The notes under the pieces were generated by a model. The model ran no database searches, was not told the DNA's origin, and was given only the letters and a program-made list of their open reading frames with translations. The position numbers were made by a program, and so were the translations under genes. 28,961 nt of DNA from Bacteroidales bacterium (GTDB lineage: Bacteria; Bacteroidota; Bacteroidia; Bacteroidales; UBA7960), in NCBI GenBank assembly GCA_007132395.1, contig SLOR01000384.1:1-28961 (forward strand). Direction: 5' to 3'. The first letter of the stretch is position 1, and each line of letters opens with the position of its first letter. Below, piece after piece: positions 18,271-25,523 of the stretch.

Positions 18271-21200
18271 ATGAGTGAAGAAATCCTTAAGGCTTTAATG
18301 CAACTCTTTGCTATTATAGCAAAGCAGGACGTGGGCTTATCAGAGAACGAACGTGCTTTTGTGCACAATTTTCTCAGGTTACAGCTCAATGAGAGTTCGG
18401 TTAAGGAGTACCTTGCCCTTTTCGACAGTTTTATCGATAGTGAAAAAGACAAGGAAAAGAAGGATGAAAACCCCGATAAGCCACAAAAGCCACGATTAAC
18501 CTCGGTCAAGGATTCTGTTAAAACCCTGGGTATTGCCAAGAAGATCAACAAAACCCTTACCCAGAAACAAAAGGTTGTGGTATTGGTCAGGCTTTTTGAG
18601 CTGGTTAATTCCGACAAAAACTTCACTCCACAGCGAATGGCAATTATTGACACTGCAGCCGACGTGTTCAATATTTCAAAAGAAGAATATAATGCCATTT
18701 CTTCGTTTGTGGTTAACGAAACCCCCGATGAAATAAATTTCGCCGACACCCTGATAATTAATGCCAGGGAAATAGAGGATAACAAATCGCACTTTATTCA
18801 GAGTCAGCAGCTCGACGGCAGTATTATTATTCTCAGGGTAAACAGTGTTGACCTCTATTTTCTGAAATACACAGGAAAAAGTGAGATACTCCTCAACGGC
18901 CTTCCTATCAATAGCCAGCGGATTTATCTTTTTGCCAACGGTAGTGTTATCAAGCAACCCAAAGGCAAGCCCATTTTTTTTACCGATGTAGCCGCCAAAT
19001 TTTTATCAGATTCCTCAGCCATTCACGTGGTTTTCCAGGCCGATAATGTGGGTCTTACATTTCCCAACGGGCATGTGGGGCTACGCGATATCAACCTGCA
19101 GGAATACTCCGGCAAAATGGTGGCTATCATGGGTGGCAGCGGGGCCGGAAAAACCACCCTGCTCAACGTACTATCGGGCATCGATGCACCTAGCCAGGGA
19201 AATGTAAACATTAATGGAATAAACCTTCACCAGAAAACCGAACTGGTAAAAGGCATTATCGGGTATATTCCCCAGGATGATTTGCTTATTGAAGAGCTCA
19301 CGGTTTATGAAAACCTCTACTATAGCACCAAACTGGTGTACCGCGACCTTAACGAGCAGGAAATTGACGAAAAAGTAAACAAGGTGCTTACTAGCCTGGG
19401 CTTGTTTTATATCAAAGACCTTAAGGTAGGTAGCCCCCTCAATAAAAAAATCAGCGGTGGCCAGAGAAAAAGGCTCAACATTGGTCTTGAGCTTATCAGA
19501 GAGCCTGCCGTGTTATTTGTTGATGAACCCACCTCAGGACTATCCTCACGCGACTCTGAAAATGTTATGGAGCTCCTGCGTGAGCTTACCGTACGCGGCA
19601 AGCTTATTTTCGTGGTTATCCATCAGCCCTCCTCCGAAATTTATAAAATGTTCGACAACGTCATTATCCTGGATGAAGGCGGACACCAGATATACTATGG
19701 AAACCCCGTAGAAGCAGTAATATATTTCAAAACCATTGATAATCAAATCAACAGCGATGTGGGTGAATGCCCGCGATGCGGTAATGTAAACCCTGAAACC
19801 ATCTTCAGTATCATTGAATCGCGTATTGTTGACGAATACGGGCGCTCAACAGGTACGCGGAAAGTACTTCCACGAGAGTGGGTAGGACATTACAGGGAAA
19901 AAATTGTTGTTGATAAAAAGTCGGAACAATACGACAAGCTTCCCAATGCGTTTCTTAAACCCAACTGGTTTAAGCAGCTGAAAATATTTTTCCAGAGAGA
20001 CCTTTTCTCCAAACTGGCCAATACCCAGTATATGGTGCTTAACATGCTTGAAGCACCCATACTTGCTTTTTTGCTTGCTTATGTAATCCGCTATATCGAC
20101 GACCCCACTTCCAATATTTATATTTTCAGAGACAACGAAAACATTATGCCTTACCTGTTCATGTGCACCATCGTGGCACTGTTCGTGGGGCTTATCGTGA
20201 GTGCAGAGGAAATCTACAAAGACAGGAAAATCCTGAAAAGGGAATCATTTCTTAACTTAAGCCGAAGTAGTTATTTATGTTCAAAAATCAGTATCCTGTT
20301 CATGATTTCCGCCATTCAGGCAGTATTGTTCGTGTGGGTGGGTAACTCTATTCTGGGTGTTAAAGGAATGTATTTTGAATACTGGCTTATATTTTTCTCA
20401 CTTGCGGCACTGGCCAACGTGCTGGGGTTAAATATTTCTTCTGCTTTTAACTCAGCCGTAACAATTTACATCCTTATCCCCTTCCTGATTATACCACAAA
20501 TGGTGCTCACCGGAGCTATGTTCAGCTTCGACAAAATTAACCGCAGCATAGGTGGTGGAAGGGAAAAAGTTCCAATTATCGCCGAGGTGATGCCCTCGCG
20601 CTGGGCCTTTGAAGCGCTTATCGTTAACCAGTTTGTCAACAACGAATATGAAAAACAGTTTTATGAACTGCGAAAGCTGGAGAGCGTGTTTAATTACAAA
20701 AACGTTTACTACATTCAGGAGTTGAGAAGATATGTGGAAAATTACAAGTCAAGAGTTCTGGCCGGCCACGAAGAACCCATCTCTACTGATAACCTGGAAC
20801 TGCTTTACAATGAGTTAAGAAAGGAAAACCATTCGGAATATGCAAAATTCCACAACATCATTTTTGAAGATATTGACAAGATAAATACTGAAGATTTCAC
20901 CATGGCCGTTGCCGATGACATCCTCAGATACCTTGTAAGACTGCAGGATTATTACCGCGAAAACTTCAACCGCATTCACGATAATATCGACAATAGGGTA
21001 ACTCAGATGGTAAGTACACCCGAAAAACGGGAACAATATCAGCAGGTTTACAACGACTATTTCAATGATTACCTGTCGAAGTTTGCCAAGAATGTTATGG
21101 CTCCCCTGCCCCTGGTAAGGCTGGGCAATAACCTGGTACAAAAACTTGATCCAATTTACCTGGACCCGCAGGACAGGAGAACATTCAGCTTCCGCACGCA

Positions 21201-21426
21201 TTTTCTTGCACCCAACAAAAACGTACTGGGAAATCTTTTCCCCACTTTCTATTTTAATGTAATGGTCATATGGTTCTTTACCGTTATGGCTTACATAGCC
21301 CTATATTACAATGCACTGAGCAAGATGCTCACATTCCTTGAAAATACAAGCGGGAAGCTTAAAAATAAATTTTCGGAAAATGCCTTTAAAATTAAAGGGA
21401 TTAAACTTCGTAAGAAAAAAACATAA
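18271..21426 (+). CDS. Fused ABCG-like (NBD-TMD) ABC half-transporter with N-terminal TerB-like and FHA-like regions
   Basis: Walker A GGSGAGKTT, Q-loop YIPQDD, signature ISGGQRKR, Walker B LFVDE, H-switch VIHQPS. Six TM helices with EEIYKDRKILKRE and SRWAFEAL (ABC2/ABCG pattern). N-terminal helical TerB-like region; beta-rich LLNG...NGSVI segment. Confidence 0.85.
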   Translation: MSEEILKALMQLFAIIAKQDVGLSENERAFVHNFLRLQLNESSVKEYLALFDSFIDSEKDKEKKDENPDKPQKPRLTSVKDSVKTLGIAKKINKTLTQKQKVVVLVRLFELVNSDKNFTPQRMAIIDTAADVFNISKEEYNAISSFVVNETPDEINFADTLIINAREIEDNKSHFIQSQQLDGSIIILRVNSVDLYFLKYTGKSEILLNGLPINSQRIYLFANGSVIKQPKGKPIFFTDVAAKFLSDSSAIHVVFQADNVGLTFPNGHVGLRDINLQEYSGKMVAIMGGSGAGKTTLLNVLSGIDAPSQGNVNINGINLHQKTELVKGIIGYIPQDDLLIEELTVYENLYYSTKLVYRDLNEQEIDEKVNKVLTSLGLFYIKDLKVGSPLNKKISGGQRKRLNIGLELIREPAVLFVDEPTSGLSSRDSENVMELLRELTVRGKLIFVVIHQPSSEIYKMFDNVIILDEGGHQIYYGNPVEAVIYFKTIDNQINSDVGECPRCGNVNPETIFSIIESRIVDEYGRSTGTRKVLPREWVGHYREKIVVDKKSEQYDKLPNAFLKPNWFKQLKIFFQRDLFSKLANTQYMVLNMLEAPILAFLLAYVIRYIDDPTSNIYIFRDNENIMPYLFMCTIVALFVGLIVSAEEIYKDRKILKRESFLNLSRSSYLCSKISILFMISAIQAVLFVWVGNSILGVKGMYFEYWLIFFSLAALANVLGLNISSAFNSAVTIYILIPFLIIPQMVLTGAMFSFDKINRSIGGGREKVPIIAEVMPSRWAFEALIVNQFVNNEYEKQFYELRKLESVFNYKNVYYIQELRRYVENYKSRVLAGHEEPISTDNLELLYNELRKENHSEYAKFHNIIFEDIDKINTEDFTMAVADDILRYLVRLQDYYRENFNRIHDNIDNRVTQMVSTPEKREQYQQVYNDYFNDYLSKFAKNVMAPLPLVRLGNNLVQKLDPIYLDPQDRRTFSFRTHFLAPNKNVLGNLFPTFYFNVMVIWFFTVMAYIALYYNALSKMLTFLENTSGKLKNKFSENAFKIKGIKLRKKKT

Positions 21427-21472
21427 AATACAACCTCAACTAACTGATACTAACGCACAAAATTTCAGAACT

Positions 21473-22381
21473 ATGAAAAAAGAAAGATTATTAATACTAT
21501 CCATAGCAATGTTTTTCAGCTATGCCATTACCTCATGCCAGCAAGGGCAAAGGCAGGAAGCTACTGACCTGCTCTCCGACTCTTTGGTAGCCAGTGACGT
21601 GCGCCTTGACGACCGGATGGTGGGCGAAATGATCTCTTCCATCCCCAATCCTGTAGAAATGTCTTCCCTACTGCAAAAATCGGGAGTAGTTTATTCACAG
21701 GAGCTGCTAAATCCGGTAAACAACGTAAATAACTATAATACCAACTTCAAGCGTGCACTCAATCTGGGTGTTTATGGAACCGACCTGGTTTACATGAATA
21801 TTTACGATCGTACCGTAGCTACCTTGCGCTATCTGAGCAATGTAAGAGATTTGGCCAGCGACCTCAGAGTTGAACAGTTTTTTGACTATGAAACCCTCAA
21901 CAGACTTTCTGAAAGTGCACGCAGTATCGACTCCGTGTTATTTATTACCAACTCTGGTTTTGACCGCATGTCAAGGTACCTCATTGACCAGGGAAGAAGC
22001 AATATTGCAGTGCTCATTTCATACGGCACCTGGATTGAAAGCCTTTACATCGCCACAAACGTACAAACGGTTCCCCCGAATCGTGACCTGATCAACATAC
22101 GTATTGGCGAGCAAAAAAAGGTACTCGACAATATGCTGTTGCTTTTGCACACCTATCGCCGTGATCCTAACTTTGTAGGACTCATTGAAGATTTGATGGA
22201 ATTGAAAGCAGAGTTTGACAAGGTTACCATTTCCTATGTATATGCCGAACCAACCATGAAAGAAATCGATGGTATGATAGTTGTCGTAGACAATTCACGC
22301 AGTGAGGTTAATATTAGTGAAGAAATCGTTCAGGCCATCGCCGACAAGGTTTCCTACATTAGAGGCAAAATTATTGGATAA
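21473..22381 (+). CDS. Uncharacterised helical lipoprotein (302 aa)
   Basis: MKKERLLILSIAMFFSYAITS|C: basic n-region, hydrophobic h-region and lipobox ITSC. The longer ORF from 21338 overlaps the ABC gene, so 21473 is preferred. Confidence 0.75.
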   Translation: MKKERLLILSIAMFFSYAITSCQQGQRQEATDLLSDSLVASDVRLDDRMVGEMISSIPNPVEMSSLLQKSGVVYSQELLNPVNNVNNYNTNFKRALNLGVYGTDLVYMNIYDRTVATLRYLSNVRDLASDLRVEQFFDYETLNRLSESARSIDSVLFITNSGFDRMSRYLIDQGRSNIAVLISYGTWIESLYIATNVQTVPPNRDLINIRIGEQKKVLDNMLLLLHTYRRDPNFVGLIEDLMELKAEFDKVTISYVYAEPTMKEIDGMIVVVDNSRSEVNISEEIVQAIADKVSYIRGKIIG

Positions 22382-22476
22382 TTGGTGTCTCACAATGATA
22401 TTATATTACCTTGCTTGAAAGCACCTTTCATTGTATTTTTGACGACACCAATCAATAACACCAAAAAATTGAAAAC

Positions 22477-22917
22477 ATGAAAAAATATTTTATCCTTACA
22501 GGTCTTATTTTCGTAATGCTTTTTGCAAATAAGTCGCAGGCCCAGTGTGGCGATGGTTTGTTTGATATATGTCACTCCAAGCTTGATGATGCACGTTTTT
22601 TGAAGAGCTGGGCCATTCAGCTCGAAAATCAAAGGTCGGGCGAACCCCTTCCACAGGTTAGCTTTAAAATGCCCCTCACCAGTGGAAATACCTACAAAAT
22701 TTTTGCCTGCAATGCAGAGGAGCTCCCCGGAAAAGTTATTATTAGTATTCGCAATCAAAACGACGACCTTGTTGTTACTTCCTATATGGTAGAGCAAAGA
22801 AGGCACATACCGGTAATAATGTTTCCCGTAGGTATGAGTGGTATTTATACCTTTAGCTTTTACTTTGAAGACGGTAAAGAAGGATGCGCAGTGGGCGTAG
22901 TATCGAGTGTAAACTAA
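22477..22917 (+). CDS. Uncharacterised small secreted protein with four Cys
   Basis: Sec signal MKKYFILTGLIFVMLFANKSQA|Q, then a beta-rich mature part with Cys24, Cys32, Cys78 and Cys138. Confidence 0.75.
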   Translation: MKKYFILTGLIFVMLFANKSQAQCGDGLFDICHSKLDDARFLKSWAIQLENQRSGEPLPQVSFKMPLTSGNTYKIFACNAEELPGKVIISIRNQNDDLVVTSYMVEQRRHIPVIMFPVGMSGIYTFSFYFEDGKEGCAVGVVSSVN

Positions 22918-23003
22918 TCACAACCCTTCAAGCCTTATTATTTTTCGCAGCCGGTTTTGGCATATTTTATTCACCCATAAACATTTCCTAATATTTAAGC
23001 TCT

Positions 23004-23393
23004 ATGGAAAGTACAAAGAAGAAAATATTCGTAATAGAGGATAATAAAACCGAGGGAATGTTATTAAAGCTTTGCCTGGGTGCCATAAAAAATGTAAGCA
23101 TCTCTAATTTTACCTACGGCGAAGATCTGCTGAATAACCTGCACGAAGAACCCGAAATTCTAATCGCCGACATGATGCTTCCCGATATATCCGGAGTAGA
23201 ACTTATACAGGCAATCCGGGAAAAAAGCCCCGGCACAGAAATTATTGTTGTATCGGCACAAAAAGACATTGATGTAATCGCAAGGGTACAGGAACTAGGC
23301 ATTTATAATTACCTGGTGAAAAGTGAAACCTGCATGGAAACTTTGCAGAAATCCATTGAAGACCTTACATTTCTTATCGACCATAAACGATAA
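23004..23393 (+). CDS. Single-domain response regulator (REC)
   Basis: VIEDN acidic pocket, ILIADMMLPDISG (phospho-Asp), VVSA, YLVK. Confidence 0.88.
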   Translation: MESTKKKIFVIEDNKTEGMLLKLCLGAIKNVSISNFTYGEDLLNNLHEEPEILIADMMLPDISGVELIQAIREKSPGTEIIVVSAQKDIDVIARVQELGIYNYLVKSETCMETLQKSIEDLTFLIDHKR

Positions 23394-23408
23394 AAGCAAT
23401 TTTACTTC

Positions 23409-23440
23409 AAAAAAGCAGGCCCTGTGCCTGCTTTTTTTTT
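23409..23440 (+). terminator. Rho-independent terminator closing unit 1
   Basis: aaaaaagcaggc-cctgt-gcctgcttttttttt. Confidence 0.88.
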
Positions 23441-23593
23441 ATCCTCATGGTAACAGTCGTCGCAAAACAAGCCCGTTAAACACCCCTTTCATTGTATAAA
23501 ATCAGTTATTTACAAGATAAAGAGTTGGAAGAGGCTCCAGCAATTAACTGTATACAACTGAAATTCAAATCGATAGCCGTAATCAGACAAAAA

Positions 23594-23612
23594 ATTGGTA
23601 ATTTATTGGTAA
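23594..23612 (+). repeat. Tandem direct repeat ATTGGTAA x2, 11-bp period
   Basis: attggtaa-ttt-attggtaa, about 90 nt upstream of the ATG at 23701. Confidence 0.5.
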
Positions 23613-23700
23613 ATAGGCAAAACACAGTTATTTATCAGAGAATATTTTTTTAAATTAGACGTGCAAAGAAACTTTGTATCTTATCGATTAATCAAGTCTG

Positions 23701-24144
23701 ATGGAAGTCAAAAAAAAACTAAATATAATTATTGCAGAAGATGATGAAGGCCACGCTCTGTTAATGAAACGAAATCTGACCCGATCAGGCGTTATTAATC
23801 CCATAATTCATTTTAAAGACGGCGAAGAAGTACTGAATTTTTTCTATACTGATGATTCTCCTTATAATAAAAATCAAGGAGAGTCTTATATATTATTACT
23901 GGATATAAAAATGCCCCGCATAGATGGAATAGAAGTACTGGAAAAGTTGAAAAAAGACCCCGTACTGAGAAAAATTCCCATCATAATGATTACCACTACC
24001 AATACTCCCCGCGAAATAGAATTATGCCACTCTCTGGGCTGCAACAGTTACATTGTAAAACCCATTGATTACGAAAAATTTATTTCTATTGTGCGACGTC
24101 TGGGGTATTTACTGGAAATCATTGAAATACCAAAGGCCGGATAG
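23701..24144 (+). CDS. Single-domain response regulator (Rcp1-like REC)
   Basis: IIIAEDDEGH, LLLDIKMPRIDGIEVL, IPIIMITT, GCNSYIVKP. Confidence 0.9.
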   Translation: MEVKKKLNIIIAEDDEGHALLMKRNLTRSGVINPIIHFKDGEEVLNFFYTDDSPYNKNQGESYILLLDIKMPRIDGIEVLEKLKKDPVLRKIPIIMITTTNTPREIELCHSLGCNSYIVKPIDYEKFISIVRRLGYLLEIIEIPKAG

Positions 24145-24146
24145 TT

Positions 24147-25403
24147 ATGACAGACAGTTCCTTACTAAATAATTTTCAGAACGCCATTACCAAACTACCG
24201 CTTTGGATTATTGAGGACGAACCCGCCCAGGCTAATGTATTGCAGCATTCGCTCACCAAAAGAGGCTACGCTTGTAAATCTTTCTATTCAGGCAAGGAGT
24301 TTATTACCCACCTGAAAACATGGGACAAAAATGATGATAACGTAATCATGTTGCTGGATTATTTGCTGGGAGACATGAACGCCAGGGAGTTGCTGGCAGA
24401 AATGAAAAAACTGGATATTCAGATTCCCTTCGTAATTATGACCGCCCACGGAGATGAGAAAATAGCCGTTCAACTCATGCGAATGGGGGCTATGGATTAT
24501 GTGATAAAGGATAAACTATTTGTCAATCAGATAACAAAAGTGGTTCAGCAGGTGCATGAGCGCATCGATACCAAAAGAAAACTTGACCAATCACGACATG
24601 AGCTGAAACTACAGGCCGATGAGCTAAAATCACTTAACAAGCAAATCAACCATCAGAAGCTGCAGCTGGAAAAAGAAAAAATTAAAACCGATAAGCTACT
24701 GCATAATATTTTACCTCACGAGATTGCCATAGAACTCATGGAAAAAGGGTATTCCACACCCAAGGAATACCAATCCGTCTCCATTCTGTTTGCAGATGTT
24801 ATCGGCTTTTCTGATTTGGCCAAAAAGAGCCACCCCATTGCACTGATTACCCAGCTTGATAACTATTTTTACGTTTTCGATGAGATTGTTGAACAGCATG
24901 GGTTGGAAAAAATCAAAACCATTGGCGATTGTTACATGTGTGCAGGTGGTATCCCCACAGAAAATGTTAATAATGCCATCATTACCGTGCTGGCAGGCCT
25001 GAAAATACAAAATGCTACCAAAAATCTGAAATACGATAGTATTAAAAACCTGCCGGGCTTCAGGCTCAGGTTGGGTATTCATACCGGAGAAGTGGTAGCC
25101 GGGGTGGTAGGAAAAAACAAATTTGCCTACGACATTTGGGGAGATGCCGTAAACGTAGCAAGCCGCATTGTGGAAACCGGCGAAAAAGACAAGGTGAATA
25201 TCTCTGAAAGCACCTACGAAATTATTAAAGACTATTTCATACTCACTGAACGGGGAGAAGTTATGACCAAAAGAAATATTCCCATAAAAATGTATTTCGT
25301 GGAAAGGTTAAAACCTGAATTTTCGGCTGATGACAAAGGACTTTCACCCGGCAGATCCTTACTGCAAAAGCTTAACATAAGACAGGGAATTAAGTATTAT
25401 TAA
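24147..25403 (+). CDS. REC-coiled coil-class III adenylyl cyclase
   Basis: REC (IIEDE, LLDY, MTAHGD, YVIKD) and signalling helix LLHNILP. Cyclase motifs ILFADVIGFS, EKIKTIGDCYM and YDIWGDAVNVASR; the Lys/Asp specificity pair indicates ATP. Confidence 0.9.
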   Translation: MTDSSLLNNFQNAITKLPLWIIEDEPAQANVLQHSLTKRGYACKSFYSGKEFITHLKTWDKNDDNVIMLLDYLLGDMNARELLAEMKKLDIQIPFVIMTAHGDEKIAVQLMRMGAMDYVIKDKLFVNQITKVVQQVHERIDTKRKLDQSRHELKLQADELKSLNKQINHQKLQLEKEKIKTDKLLHNILPHEIAIELMEKGYSTPKEYQSVSILFADVIGFSDLAKKSHPIALITQLDNYFYVFDEIVEQHGLEKIKTIGDCYMCAGGIPTENVNNAIITVLAGLKIQNATKNLKYDSIKNLPGFRLRLGIHTGEVVAGVVGKNKFAYDIWGDAVNVASRIVETGEKDKVNISESTYEIIKDYFILTERGEVMTKRNIPIKMYFVERLKPEFSADDKGLSPGRSLLQKLNIRQGIKYY

Positions 25404-25523
25404 CCCTTTGCCATGTGCGGCAATGGGTTATTGACATTGTAAAACCCGTAAGTTTATAGTAAATTTGTTTCTGTTTATACAAACCACGCATTGAAACACA
25501 CAAGTGCTGTAAAACACACCCTG

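Noticed and set aside
21338-21472. 45-codon N-terminal extension of the lipoprotein ORF
   Set aside because: It overlaps the ABC gene's 3' end and would bury a clean lipoprotein signal peptide that starts at ATG 21473.
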